This document shows, in pieces, positions 41,335 through 52,400 of a stretch of DNA of 64,000 nucleotides. A program made the position numbers and the translations under genes. The stretch covers positions 41,697 through 105,696 of the forward strand of contig JBBRSP010000018.1 in the NCBI GenBank assembly GCA_038245295.1, given 5' to 3'. Under the pieces are notes generated by a model, which was not told the DNA's origin, did no database searches, and saw only the letters and a list, made by a program, of their open reading frames with translations. Origin of the DNA: Candidatus Binatia bacterium. GTDB lineage: Bacteria > Desulfobacterota > Binatia > HRBIN30. Each line of letters opens with the position of its first letter. Positions within the stretch are counted from its first letter, which is position 1.

Positions 41335-41667
41335 ATGCCGATCTACGAGTATCGCTGCCGCAAATGCGGCAAACGCTTCAGCATGTTGACCCTACGCGTT
41401 TCCGAAAAGGTGCGCCCCCAATGCACGCACTGTGGTGGGCGCAGCGCGCAACGTTTGATGTCGCGCTTTGCCATGCCGAAGTCCGAAGGAGCCCGTCTCG
41501 AGGCACTTTCCGACCCGAGCAGCATGGGCGACATCGACGAGAGTGATCCATCCAGCGTGGCGCGCTGGATGCGCAAGATGGGCAAAGAAGCGGGTGAGGA
41601 CCTGGGCGGCGAGGACTTTGATCAGATGGTCGACGAGATCGAAACAGGTGGTGGCGACGACGATTGA
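41335..41667 (+). CDS. FmdB-family zinc-ribbon protein
   Basis: MPIYEYRCRKCG...CTHCG. Confidence 0.9.
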   Translation: MPIYEYRCRKCGKRFSMLTLRVSEKVRPQCTHCGGRSAQRLMSRFAMPKSEGARLEALSDPSSMGDIDESDPSSVARWMRKMGKEAGEDLGGEDFDQMVDEIETGGGDDD

Positions 41668-41671
41668 CGCT

Positions 41672-42154
41672 TCATTTCGTGGTCGACGCCTCCAGTAAGA
41701 CAACCACCGTCGCCGCGATCGCCTCGCCACGGCCGACCGCATCCAGACCTTCATTGGTCTTCGCCTTCACATTGACGCTTTCCGTCCCGATACCAAGGAG
41801 CGTGGCGATGCGCGCCCTCATGGCGACTCTATGCGTCGCCAACTTGGGGCGCTCCGCGTGAATCGTCGCGTCGAGATTGACCACGACCCACCCAGCCGCG
41901 GTAACTCGCCGTACGACTTCCGCCAAGAGTAGAGCACTGTCGGCACCGCGCCATCGCTCATCCGTATCAGGGAAGAGTTGGCCGATGTCCCCTGCTCCAA
42001 TCGCCCCCAGCAACGCGTCACTGATCGCGTGCAAGACGACGTCCCCATCGGAATGCCCGAGCAGGCCAACCGGCGAGACGATTTCGATACCACCCAAGCG
42101 CAGGGGTCGATCCGCAACGAGGCGATGGATGTCGTAGCCCTGTCCTACTCGCAT
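41672..42154 (-). CDS. ispF: 2-C-methyl-D-erythritol 2,4-cyclodiphosphate synthase
   Basis: RVGQGYDIH, GHSDGDV..HA..DA.LGA, DIG..FP, NVKAKTNE. Confidence 0.95.
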   Translation of the reverse strand: MRVGQGYDIHRLVADRPLRLGGIEIVSPVGLLGHSDGDVVLHAISDALLGAIGAGDIGQLFPDTDERWRGADSALLLAEVVRRVTAAGWVVVNLDATIHAERPKLATHRVAMRARIATLLGIGTESVNVKAKTNEGLDAVGRGEAIAATVVVLLEASTTK

Positions 42155-42161
42155 GCCATCC

Positions 42162-43394
42162 TCAAAACGGCGGCATCGAGGCCGCGTCTTCAACGAGCTT
42201 CAGCACCCGCACTTCGGCACCGGCGGCTAACTCGCCGACGTCCGGCGGAGCAATCAACAAGGCCTTCCCCAGTGACATGGAACGCAACACACCTGAGCTT
42301 TGCGAGCCCGTGACCCGCACCTGGTAGTTGCCGGCGTCGCCTTCCAAGGTGCAACGGATGAAGTCCGTCAGACCAACTGAAGCCCTCACTTTTTCGGTCA
42401 GACGGGCGCGCACCACCGGCAAGTGAAGCTCCAGCAGCCCCATGCGCTGGCGCAGGGCTGGACGCACGTAGAGCAGGAAACAAACGAGACAGGAAACAGG
42501 ATTGCCGGGCAATCCAAACGCAAGGGTGGCATCTCGAACTCCGAACGAGAGTGGCTTGCCGGGTTTCTGCGCCACCTTCCAGAAGCGTTCTTTCACTCCC
42601 AGCTCGGCAAGATACTGACGGACGAAGTCGAAATCTCCCATCGAGACGCCGCCCGTGGAAATCACGACGTCGCTGCGTAACGCCAGCTCGAATGCCTGGC
42701 GCATCGCGTCGGCACTGTCTCGCACAATCCCGAAGACATGGGGCACCGCGCCCGTCTCGGCGACGGCCGCAGCCAGCATATACGCATTGCTGTTGACGAT
42801 CTGGCCGGGTCCCGGGGTTTGCTCAACGTCGACCAGCTCATCACCGGTGGCCAGAATCGTAACCCGCGGGCGTTGATATACCCGCACACGAGCCGCCCCA
42901 ATTGAGGCAAGAACGCCGATATCGGCCGGCCGCAACAGCCGACCGCGATCGAGAACCTGATCACCGATGCGAACGTCCTCACCCGCCAGGCGCACGTTGG
43001 CCCCGGCAACCACTCTTTTGAAAATCGCCGCGCCATCGGGTCGCGACTCCGTATCTTCGACACGCACCACGGCGTCGGCGCCTTCCGGCATCGGCGCGCC
43101 GGTCATGATCTTGGCGACGATGCCGCGTGTGACCTCGTGTTTCGGCACGCTGCCGGCGGCAATGACTTCTACGACTCGGAGCACGGCCGGTGCCTGCACC
43201 GACGCCGCGGCAACATCAGCCGCCTGCACCGCGTAGCCGTCCATCGCAGAATTGCGAAACGGCGGGATCTCGCGTTCAGACCGAATCGGCTCAGCCAGGA
43301 CACGCGTGTGCGCCTCCGAGAGAGCCACGACTTCGGCAGCCATCGGCTTGGCTTCCTGCAAAATGTCATCGAGTGCCTGTCGAACACTGATCAT
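42162..43394 (-). CDS. moeA: Molybdopterin molybdotransferase
   Basis: NSAMDGYA, IMTGAP.P.GAD.V..VE, TGDEL, GGVSMG, PGKP, LPGNPVS. Confidence 0.95.
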   Translation of the reverse strand: MISVRQALDDILQEAKPMAAEVVALSEAHTRVLAEPIRSEREIPPFRNSAMDGYAVQAADVAAASVQAPAVLRVVEVIAAGSVPKHEVTRGIVAKIMTGAPMPEGADAVVRVEDTESRPDGAAIFKRVVAGANVRLAGEDVRIGDQVLDRGRLLRPADIGVLASIGAARVRVYQRPRVTILATGDELVDVEQTPGPGQIVNSNAYMLAAAVAETGAVPHVFGIVRDSADAMRQAFELALRSDVVISTGGVSMGDFDFVRQYLAELGVKERFWKVAQKPGKPLSFGVRDATLAFGLPGNPVSCLVCFLLYVRPALRQRMGLLELHLPVVRARLTEKVRASVGLTDFIRCTLEGDAGNYQVRVTGSQSSGVLRSMSLGKALLIAPPDVGELAAGAEVRVLKLVEDAASMPPF

Positions 43395-43513
43395 ACAGAT
43401 CCCTCGCTAGTCGAAGCGTCTCGATCCTGTCAACGTTGTCCACGCCTCGCGCCGGCGAAGCGCAGTGGTGCCTCGTTCACCCAACCTCGTCGCTATGGTA
43501 CTCTCCGCCTGTC

Positions 43514-44635
43514 GTGCCGAAAAAACATCCCGCAATTGAGGTCCTCGCCAAGGATACGGCCCCGCCCCCGTTGCTTGTCGAGCACGCGTTGGCCAGCCTG
43601 AGCGATGCCGTTGTGCTCACCGATCGACAAGATCGCATTGTTCTCTTCAACCAGGCGGCCGAGGAGCTTTCCGGATTCGCCGAGGGTTACGCGATCGGCC
43701 GCTCGTGCCAAGAGGTATTCCGCACCAATCCGGCGATCGGAACGTTGGTCGAGCGCGCCCGCACCAGCGGCCAAAGCCAGGCTTGCGGCGAAGAGACACT
43801 GACCCTCATTCAGCGGGAGGTGACCGTCCGACTCGTCTGCTCACCGGTCCGCAGCCAGGGCGCCGACGTCGAAGGTTGTGCCCTGGTCATCCAAGACCTG
43901 AGCTACCAGAAGAAACTCGAAGATGACGTACGACGCCACGAGACGTTGGCTCGCCTGGGCGGCCTGGTTGCCGGCCTCGCTCACGAGATCAAGAACCCGC
44001 TCGGCGGTATTCGCGGCGCCGCCCAACTGCTCAGCAGAAAGCTGAACGACAATGTGGACGTTGCCGCCTGCACCGGGGTTATGATCCGCGAGGTCGATCG
44101 CCTCAGCCGCCTAGTTGAGCAACTGCTCACTTTCGGAGCAGCCCAGCCGCTCGATCCGCAGCCAATTAACGTTCATGTGCTATTACACGATGCACTCGAC
44201 GTCCTTGGCACAGAACTCGCTGCCAAGGGTGTGGTAGTCAGATTGGAAATAGATCCAAGTCTGCCGAATACGCGCGGGGATGCTGCGCTCCTGACGTCCG
44301 TGTTTTTAAACTTGGTCAAGAACGCGATGGAAGCGATGCCCGATGGGGGAGTACTTACGGTGCTGACGCGTGTTGAAACGGACTATCATATTCTGCGCCA
44401 TGCGGCGGCCGGCAAGTTCCTGCGCGTCGAGGTGAGTGACACGGGGCCAGGCTTCCCGGCGACGGTCATCGGCAAAGTCTTCGAACCATTCTTTACGACG
44501 AAAGCGCGCGGTACGGGTCTGGGGCTCGCCGTCTGCGAACGCATCGTCGCTGTGCACGGCGGTGACATACGCGCGGAGAATCGTAAACCAACGGGTGCCC
44601 TGATTACCGTCAACCTTCCGGTGTACTCGGCATGA
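43514..44635 (+). CDS. PAS-domain sensor histidine kinase (NtrB-like)
   Basis: LAHEIKNPLGGIRGAAQLL, NLVKNA, DTGPG, FTTK..GTGLGL; start uncertain. Confidence 0.9.
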   Translation: MPKKHPAIEVLAKDTAPPPLLVEHALASLSDAVVLTDRQDRIVLFNQAAEELSGFAEGYAIGRSCQEVFRTNPAIGTLVERARTSGQSQACGEETLTLIQREVTVRLVCSPVRSQGADVEGCALVIQDLSYQKKLEDDVRRHETLARLGGLVAGLAHEIKNPLGGIRGAAQLLSRKLNDNVDVAACTGVMIREVDRLSRLVEQLLTFGAAQPLDPQPINVHVLLHDALDVLGTELAAKGVVVRLEIDPSLPNTRGDAALLTSVFLNLVKNAMEAMPDGGVLTVLTRVETDYHILRHAAAGKFLRVEVSDTGPGFPATVIGKVFEPFFTTKARGTGLGLAVCERIVAVHGGDIRAENRKPTGALITVNLPVYSA

Positions 44636-46089
44636 CGGAACGGACCGGCCATATTCTGGTTGCGGATGACGAGCAATCGATCCGTTGGGTACTCAACACG
44701 GCACTCACCGGCGAAGGTCATCTAGTCGAAGAAGTGGACGGCGGTGAGGCGGCCCGCGACCGCCTGACGCATAAGAAGTTCGATCTGGCTTTGATCGACA
44801 TCAAGATGGGCGACCTCGACGGGCTGACACTGCTGTCTCAGCTCAAAGACGCGCACGTCGATACGCCGGTGGTGATCATCACCGCCCAGAACACAATGGC
44901 CAATGCCATCGAGGCGATGAAACGCGGCGCGTACGACTACCTCACAAAGCCCTTTGACCTCGACGAGGTACGCGTCCTGGTGCAACGCATTTTGGAAATG
45001 CGCCATCAGGTCGAGGCGCCGAGCGCGGAAGGTGTAAACGGCGCACAACGTTTCGATTCGGGCGTCGAGCTCGTCGGCAAAGCGCCGGCGATGCAGGATA
45101 TCTTCAAGACCATCGGCCGCGTCGCGCACACCGAGGCCACGGTGTTGATCCAGGGCGAAAGCGGTACCGGAAAAGAGCTCATCGCTCGTGCCATTCACGC
45201 ACACTCGCCGCGCCGCAGCGGCCCGTTCGTGGCGCTCAACTGCTCCGCGGTGCCGCGCGATCTGCTCGAGAGTGAATTGTTCGGCCACGAACGCGGCGCA
45301 TTTACGGGTGCCGTCGAGCGCCGGCCAGGCGTCTTCGAAGTGGCCAATGGCGGCACCCTGTTTCTCGACGAAATCGGCGACATGCCGCTCGAGCTGCAGG
45401 CAAAACTCTTACGCGTGGTGCAGGAACGCGAGCTCAATCGCGTCGGTGGGCGGGAAATCGTCAAGATCGATGCCCGCCTCGTCGCGGCGACCAACAAGGA
45501 CCTCGAGCGCGCGGTGCGTCAGGGACGCTTCCGCGAGGATCTGTTCTTCCGTCTTAATGTCGTGCCGATCACCGTACCGCCATTACGCATGCGCCGCGGT
45601 GACATTCCGGAATTGGTGACGCACTTCATCAGTAAGGTGAATCGCGACATGGGGACGCAGGTCACAGGCGTTTCCCCCGAAGCGCTCGCCTTGCTCACCG
45701 CGCATGAGTGGCCCGGCAACGTTCGTGAGCTCGAGAATAGTCTCGTGCGTGCGGCTGTCATGGCACCAGGGCCGACACTGATGCCACGTGATCTGGCCTT
45801 GGTCTCCGAGGCGGAGCCAACCCCGGCCTACGACGATTTGTCACTCGAGGATGTCGTGCGGCTCAAACTCAAGGACTACTTCCGCCAGATGCGTGATGCC
45901 GACCCGACCAATCTCTACGACATGATTCTCGAACGCATCGAGCGGCCGCTGATCGAGTTGACCCTGGAACGTACCGGCGGCAATCAGCTGCGCGCCGCGT
46001 CGCTGCTGGGGATCAATCGGAACACGCTACACAAGAAGATCGTTCAACTGAAGATTGAGCCCAAGCGCCGGCCCGACGCCGACGGGTGA
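44632..46089 (+). CDS. Sigma54-dependent response regulator (NtrC-like)
   Basis: REC domain, GESGTGKE, GAFTGA, WPGNVREL, Fis-type HTH; ATGA overlap with kinase. Confidence 0.93.
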   Translation: MTERTGHILVADDEQSIRWVLNTALTGEGHLVEEVDGGEAARDRLTHKKFDLALIDIKMGDLDGLTLLSQLKDAHVDTPVVIITAQNTMANAIEAMKRGAYDYLTKPFDLDEVRVLVQRILEMRHQVEAPSAEGVNGAQRFDSGVELVGKAPAMQDIFKTIGRVAHTEATVLIQGESGTGKELIARAIHAHSPRRSGPFVALNCSAVPRDLLESELFGHERGAFTGAVERRPGVFEVANGGTLFLDEIGDMPLELQAKLLRVVQERELNRVGGREIVKIDARLVAATNKDLERAVRQGRFREDLFFRLNVVPITVPPLRMRRGDIPELVTHFISKVNRDMGTQVTGVSPEALALLTAHEWPGNVRELENSLVRAAVMAPGPTLMPRDLALVSEAEPTPAYDDLSLEDVVRLKLKDYFRQMRDADPTNLYDMILERIERPLIELTLERTGGNQLRAASLLGINRNTLHKKIVQLKIEPKRRPDADG

Positions 46090-46203
46090 GAGCCAGGCAC
46101 GCTCAGATCTCGTCTGAAGCCGGCTGGCGCCTGCGCCGACCCACCTGGACTTCCAGGCGTGCCGCCTTGCATCTGACGCAATCCGCGGTCATGTGCAGGA
46201 GAC

Positions 46204-46830
46204 ATGTTTCGCTTTCCGTCACCCCTGTACGCCATCATCGACACATTGGGAGAGGCACGACGCACGCATCTCGAGCTGGCGACGGCCCTCATGGATGGAG
46301 GGGCGCAGTTCCTTCAGCTGCGCATCAAGGATCGGCCGACCAATGAGTTCGTCGAGCTGGCCCGCGCCGTCCAGCGCCTGGCCGCTGAGCGCACTGTGCC
46401 GCTCCTCATCAACGACCGCGTCGATATCGCCAAGCTCGTCGGCGCGACCGGGGTGCACCTGGGCCAGGATGATCTCGCGCCGAGCGCCGCACGGCAGATC
46501 CTCGGCGCCGACGCAATCATCGGCTTCTCGACCCACAGCCTGCAACAGGCGCGCGAGGCGGCGACGATGGGGGCCGCCGACTACATCGGCTTCGGACCGA
46601 TTTTTCCGACGACGACGAAGGAAAACCCTTCTCCCGTGGTAGGCATCGAACGGCTGCGAGCCGTGCGAGGTGACGTGACGCTGCCGATTGTCGCCATCGG
46701 CGGAATCACCGGCGCGCGCATGCGCGAGGTCCTGGATGCCGGCGCCAACGCCGTCGCACTCATTGCCGACATCGTCAAAGCGTCGGATGTGAGAGTCAGG
46801 GTCAGGGATCTGCTCGCGTCGTTATCCTGA
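46204..46830 (+). CDS. thiE: Thiamine-phosphate synthase
   Basis: QLRIK, INDRVD, GVHLGQDD, GFSTH, GPIFPTTTK, VAIGGI. Confidence 0.95.
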   Translation: MFRFPSPLYAIIDTLGEARRTHLELATALMDGGAQFLQLRIKDRPTNEFVELARAVQRLAAERTVPLLINDRVDIAKLVGATGVHLGQDDLAPSAARQILGADAIIGFSTHSLQQAREAATMGAADYIGFGPIFPTTTKENPSPVVGIERLRAVRGDVTLPIVAIGGITGARMREVLDAGANAVALIADIVKASDVRVRVRDLLASLS

Positions 46831-46880
46831 TGGACAACGACGCGAGAGGATTGCGCCATCGCGCGATAACCGGCGTGACC

Positions 46881-49490
46881 TTAGTCGCCCGTCGGTATTC
46901 GCACGATACGATTCTCTAGATCCGCCACGACAAGCGACTTGCCGCTGGCATCGTACGCAATGCCCATTGGTGTCACGAACGGCGCACCGGCCTGATCGCC
47001 GCCGCGGATCGTTTGCAGCAACTTGCCCTTGTCATCATAGGCGCGGATCTCCTTGGAATTGGGAACACTGACCCAGATCCGCCCCTTGGGATCGACGGCG
47101 ATGTGCGGCTCTGAATAGGCCTGAGAGCCCCAACCCGAGACCGAGAACGACTGCACTTCCTTGCCGTCACGCGTAAAGATCTTCAGCTTGCCGTTGCCAT
47201 TGTCGGCAACCAGGATTCGACCGGCGGCATCGATGGCAATGCCGATCGGCTCGCGAAATTCGACGCCACCAACCCCCTTGCCCCACTCGGCCTCTTTCTC
47301 ACCGGTTGAGGTGAAGCGCAGGATTCGGTCATTGCCGGAATCGGCGACATAGACCGTACCTTTGGCATCCACGGCAATGCCGCGCGGCGAGAAGAATCCA
47401 CTCACCCACTGCCGCAGGTACTTACCGTCTTTTTGGAACACCTGGATGCGTTGGTTCCAGGTATCCGCCACATAGATCTCGTCGTTCGGACCAACGGCGA
47501 CACCCGCCGCCTGTTTGAACGATCCGGGATCTTCGCCAGGACCGCCCCATCCGCGCACGTACGCGAGACTGCGATCGAAGACCTGCAGACGCTCATGGCC
47601 AAAGTCGCAGACCACCACCTCGCCATCGGATGTCAGTGCAAGGCCACGCGGTTCACGCAAGTGTCCCGCCTGGACCTTTGGGACCTCGGCTGCCGTACCC
47701 ATATCGCCGCCACCAGCTGCTTCTTCCGCCCCCGCCGGCAACGGTGTGTCGGTGGCACCGCCGTCCGGAGCTACCAGCACGGCCTTGGCGAAGACGCGCC
47801 CGCCTTCGCGCGGATAGCGCAACTCGACGAGCTTGTGAGTCGGATAGCGACGCTCCAACTCGCCGAGTACCAAGGTTCCCTCGCCTTCTGCCGCCAGGAC
47901 AAACGCGAGACCCTTTGCAGCGGTCGGCTGCAGATTATTCGATTTGAGCAACGAGCTGACGTCGTCGAGCCAGATGTACTGTGGCGTGAACGGGTCGCCG
48001 CCGTTGTAGGCGAAGTACGTTAGGGTGTCGCGTGGGAAGTTCGCACCACCGACCCAGACACGATACTGCTTCATCAGCGTGCTCATGTATTCGCCGAGCA
48101 CGGTGGTTTCCGGATAATAGCCCCACACGGTACGCGCATTCGGGCCAAGATATTGTTGATAGGTTGCGTACGTGGCGCCGGCGCCCAGGGCTACGATGGC
48201 AATCGCCGCCAGGGCCTCGCTGGCACGTGGGATTACTCTCGTCAACTCGCGCACGAAGAACACCGCGCCCAACGCTGCCATCATAAAAATGAACGGCAGG
48301 GCGCCGATGTTGCGATTCATGTTGGGATTGCTGGCGATGCCCGGAACCACGCCGACGAGCAACCCGATCAACAGGAACTGCGAACGCTCGTCCCGCAGGC
48401 GCAAGACGCACCACAGCAGACCGAAGGCGAAACAGATGCCGGTCAGGTATTCGAGCCCCGGTGTATTGACGAAAAAGTCGTCGCCGTTGGCCCAGTAGTG
48501 GAACATGAGCAGCGTTGCCCTGATGTTGCCCCACAGAGGCTTGCTGCCGACCAGATAGGCGGCGCGCCCCTGGAACTTCACCCAGTTGTTGGCGGCGTAC
48601 CAGACCATCGGAGCCACGAAGACCGTGAAGCTGAGGACGTACCAACTGAGGCCGCGTCCGTAGCGATGCAGGAAGCCTCGCAGGCCTCCCGATTGCAAAG
48701 CCACCAGAGCCACCCACAGCGGCAGCACCACCGGGAACACTCGCGCCGCGTTGTATGTATTGACCGTCGCTGCCACGAACAGACCAGCCAGCGCGAAATC
48801 GATGGCCGACTTGGTTCGCATGGCGCGAATGAAGAACAGGCAACTGAGAATCGTGAAGAACGGCTGGAAGTCGGATCGCCAACCGGTGCGGCTGAAGACC
48901 AGGTACCATCCCGATACGCCCATCAACCATGCCGCTACGAGCGCCAGGCGCGGACCGAACATCGTCCTGCCCCACCAGTACATGAACGGCAAGATGACGA
49001 TGCCACCAATGATCGACGGCAATTGCACGGCCACGGTCGTGCGCCCGAGGAAGTAGATCGTCACGGCCTGAAGGTAGAACGTCATCGTCTCACGCCCCCA
49101 CGCCGCCGAGATGTAGGGCGTGTAGGGCGCTCCATTGAGGATGTGTATCGCATACTGGCCTTCCCAGGCCGCATCGTGATTCAACCCGGGAGGAAAACTG
49201 GTCAGGCGGTAGAGCTTGATGAACAGGCAAATCGCGAAAGCGGCCAGCGCCAGACCCCATTCCAGTTGTCGCGGCATCTGCAACTCGCGCTGCGTCGGCA
49301 AGGCGCGCGACGGCGGCGACAGCCAGAAGAGCAGAATGAAGGTTCCCGCCGCGACCACCCATGCCGCTATCGAGTAGTCGGGGCGATACTCGATACTGAG
49401 CCAGTATTGGCCGCAGCACGCGGCCCCGAAGGCGCCGAGCGCCAACAGCAGCCGCAACCAGCGATTACCACTCGTTTCAGCGGTCGACAT
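46881..49490 (-). CDS. GT-C (GT39/ArnT-like) membrane glycosyltransferase fused to NHL-repeat propeller
   Basis: Polytopic N-terminal two thirds with FPPGLNHDAAW and FSRTGW; C-terminal PRGIAVD..G.VYVAD.GN.RI repeats. Confidence 0.8.
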   Translation of the reverse strand: MSTAETSGNRWLRLLLALGAFGAACCGQYWLSIEYRPDYSIAAWVVAAGTFILLFWLSPPSRALPTQRELQMPRQLEWGLALAAFAICLFIKLYRLTSFPPGLNHDAAWEGQYAIHILNGAPYTPYISAAWGRETMTFYLQAVTIYFLGRTTVAVQLPSIIGGIVILPFMYWWGRTMFGPRLALVAAWLMGVSGWYLVFSRTGWRSDFQPFFTILSCLFFIRAMRTKSAIDFALAGLFVAATVNTYNAARVFPVVLPLWVALVALQSGGLRGFLHRYGRGLSWYVLSFTVFVAPMVWYAANNWVKFQGRAAYLVGSKPLWGNIRATLLMFHYWANGDDFFVNTPGLEYLTGICFAFGLLWCVLRLRDERSQFLLIGLLVGVVPGIASNPNMNRNIGALPFIFMMAALGAVFFVRELTRVIPRASEALAAIAIVALGAGATYATYQQYLGPNARTVWGYYPETTVLGEYMSTLMKQYRVWVGGANFPRDTLTYFAYNGGDPFTPQYIWLDDVSSLLKSNNLQPTAAKGLAFVLAAEGEGTLVLGELERRYPTHKLVELRYPREGGRVFAKAVLVAPDGGATDTPLPAGAEEAAGGGDMGTAAEVPKVQAGHLREPRGLALTSDGEVVVCDFGHERLQVFDRSLAYVRGWGGPGEDPGSFKQAAGVAVGPNDEIYVADTWNQRIQVFQKDGKYLRQWVSGFFSPRGIAVDAKGTVYVADSGNDRILRFTSTGEKEAEWGKGVGGVEFREPIGIAIDAAGRILVADNGNGKLKIFTRDGKEVQSFSVSGWGSQAYSEPHIAVDPKGRIWVSVPNSKEIRAYDDKGKLLQTIRGGDQAGAPFVTPMGIAYDASGKSLVVADLENRIVRIPTGD

Positions 49491-52400
49491 TCGGAATCCG
49501 AACGATGCGGTTTTCCAGGTCGGTGATCACGAGCTCCTTAGCCGCAGCACTGTAGGCCACGCCCATCGGCGTCTCGAAATGCACGCCTGGAATGGAGTTA
49601 TCCTTGATCGTGACAAGCAACTTGCCGCTGCGATCGTACGATCGCACCTCTTTGTCGCCCGAGACGGTCACCCACACATTGCCGCGGCCGTCGACCGCCA
49701 CCTGTGGCTCCGAGAACACTTTGCTCTCCAGCCCCTTTACCGGGAACTCCGATTGGAACTGGCCGTCGCGGCTGAACACCTGCATGCGGCCGTTGCCGTT
49801 GTCGGCAACAAAGACGGTACCATCGGGCGCGACGGCGAGCCCGTCGGGTTCGAAGAACTTCCCAGGCTCCGAGCCCTTGGCGCCCCACTCGACTTCTTTC
49901 TGGCCGGCGGCCGAGAAGCGCACAATGCGGTTATTGCCCGTATCCGCCACGAACACGGCGCCCTTCGAGTCGACCGCGATGCCGCGCGGCCCGTAAAAGC
50001 CGCTGGCGAATTCGCGCAGATACTTACCATCGTTTCCAAACACCTGGACACGCTGGTTCCACGTGTCGGCAACGAAGATCTCGCCCGAGGGCGACGCCGC
50101 GACACCGCATGGTTCCTTGAACTGGCCGGGTAGCTCACCCTGTTTGCCCCAGTTGCGCACGAACGACAGGTCGCGACCGTAGAGTTGAATGCGATGGTTG
50201 CCGAAGTCGGCGACAATGATCTGTCCCTCGGCGTTGACCGCCACGCCACGTGGTTGCGACACCACACCCGGTGCATCGGCCGCGCGCGGCGGCTCCTTGC
50301 CTTCCGGCTCCGACGGCACATCTTCGATCGTGCTCACCGGTGTGGCGCCGGCAAAGTTTCCATTCACGGCAAAAACCGTCACGCCGGCATTCTGGTACAC
50401 CGGCGTCAGTAGATCGGTCCACTCCTGAAAGCGCTGTAGATTGCCGCCGGCGTACGTCCGCCGTTCCAACCCACCAACGAAGACCAACGCCACGTGGTAG
50501 CGCTCGAGGATCGCCCCGACCTCGTCCTTCGATTCGCTCAGATAAGCAGTCTGGATGTCGGCCTTACGACGATTGATGTCGGGCCAGGCGTGAGCCCGCT
50601 GATAGACGTGGTAGCCCCAGCCAAGGACGGTCGGCAGACCGGTGTTCATCGAGACACGCGTGAACTCTTGATACGAATCCCCATGCGCTTCCAGGATGAC
50701 TGGAATCCCCTGAATGTTCTGATTGAGCCATTTAAAGGCAGCGTATTCGTCCGGCGACTTCTGCTGCAGATAGGCCCGCCCATCCAACGTTGGTTTCGGC
50801 GTCTGCACGCGGTTCGTCTGAATGACGCCATAGACGGCGGTCACACTCGTGAACGCGGCAACAGCGAAGAGAACGACCAGCACACCCTGCCATAGGCGTC
50901 GCAGCACACCGCCGCCGACTTCGCCATTCCACAACGCTTGCACCGCCGCCGCCGCCGCGAGCGAGAACAGGAACCACGTCTCCAAATAAAACTTGAAGAT
51001 CGTGTTCATGCGATCCCAGACGTACACGAAGTCGGTGCCTGCAGTTACCGCGAAGCCAAACGTGGCGAGGGCGATCGGCAAGCGCCAGCGTCGCTCGAGG
51101 CGAGGTGACAGGAGGAGCTGTAACCCGACCAGGAACAACACGGTCATCCCGACACGTGTCGAGGCGTAAAAGCCCGCCACGATGAGACCGAAAATCGCCA
51201 CAACCGTCAGTCGGCGTGTAAGCGTCGTCGTGTTGTCGCTACGCCGCAGAGCTCGTGCCCACAGGGTGAGGACGAACGGCACCAGGATGAACAGGAAGAC
51301 GCCCCAGATCTGCAGGAAGTCACGCGGCTGCGCCAGTTTGTCGGGAGTCAATCGCTCCCAACCAAAGTTGCTTTCGGGAGCCACAAACGAGTGCCAGTAG
51401 GGCCAGTACAACACCACACTCAAGCCGACGACGAGCGCGGCCAGAACAACGACGCGACGCAAGAAGCCCCACGCGAAGCCAACCGCGCCGTGCTCCTGCC
51501 CTTCGGTGATCCAGATGGTCAGAGACAGGAACAAAAACAGCAGAACATAGGTCGGCGTACTCCAGGTGTTGGTGACGGTGATCGTGCCCAACGTCAGCGA
51601 CAACAATAGGAGCGACAGCAGGCTGCTGCCCAACGGTTGCGGCTCGCGCGGCGCTATGATGCGATCGCGCACCCAGTAGATGGTCAGGGCAATGAACGTC
51701 AGCGAAAACGGCATCACCATGAGGTGCGCGTGCAGATCGGCGAACAAGAAGCTCCACAACGGATACTCGTTGATGGTGTCGTGGATGACACGTGACGTGG
51801 CCCAGAAGTAATCGAAGTTGAGATTCCAACTGCGTTGCACCGCTTCGCGTGGCCCCGACAGGTTGGCCAGAATCATCACGAACAGCGACGCCAGGATGCC
51901 GGTCGACCAACGCCGCGTGAGGGCGCAACCCGCCGCGAAGGCGCCGGCAACGGTCATCGCTGCAAACGTCGCGATGCCGAGGTTGAACATCACGGCCGTA
52001 TCCAGGTTCAGCGTCTTGCCGAGTGCTGCCGCGACGAAGTACCCGAAGTAGCTGTAGTGCAACTCCGAACCGGAGAACCACGGCTCCGGCGGCGGCAGCG
52101 TCGTGGTGCGGGAAATGGCGTTCAGGAAGGAGAAGTCCATCGGCTTCTCGCCCCAGTACACTTCCGGATTGTACATGCGGGCAAAGAGGAACAGCAGGAA
52201 GACGCCCCAGAACAGGCCCTCGGTCGCAACGATCTCACGCCCCGGCGTCGGGACGGCGACACCACGCCGCAACAAGACGAATCCGACGACTGCAAAGATC
52301 AACACTTCGACAGTCAGCACACTCTGCGTAAACGACGCTAGGCCAAGGCTGGCGAGAAGCCATGCAATGTAGGCGAAGATCAAGACACCGAGGGTCTTAC

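Noticed and set aside
43514..46089. Naming the two-component pair glnL/glnG
   Set aside because: Motifs fit NtrB/NtrC but orthology cannot be separated from paralogous sigma54 systems without a search; no glnA or dusB adjacent
46090..46203. TPP riboswitch upstream of thiE
   Set aside because: No CTGAGA or matching ACCTGA core
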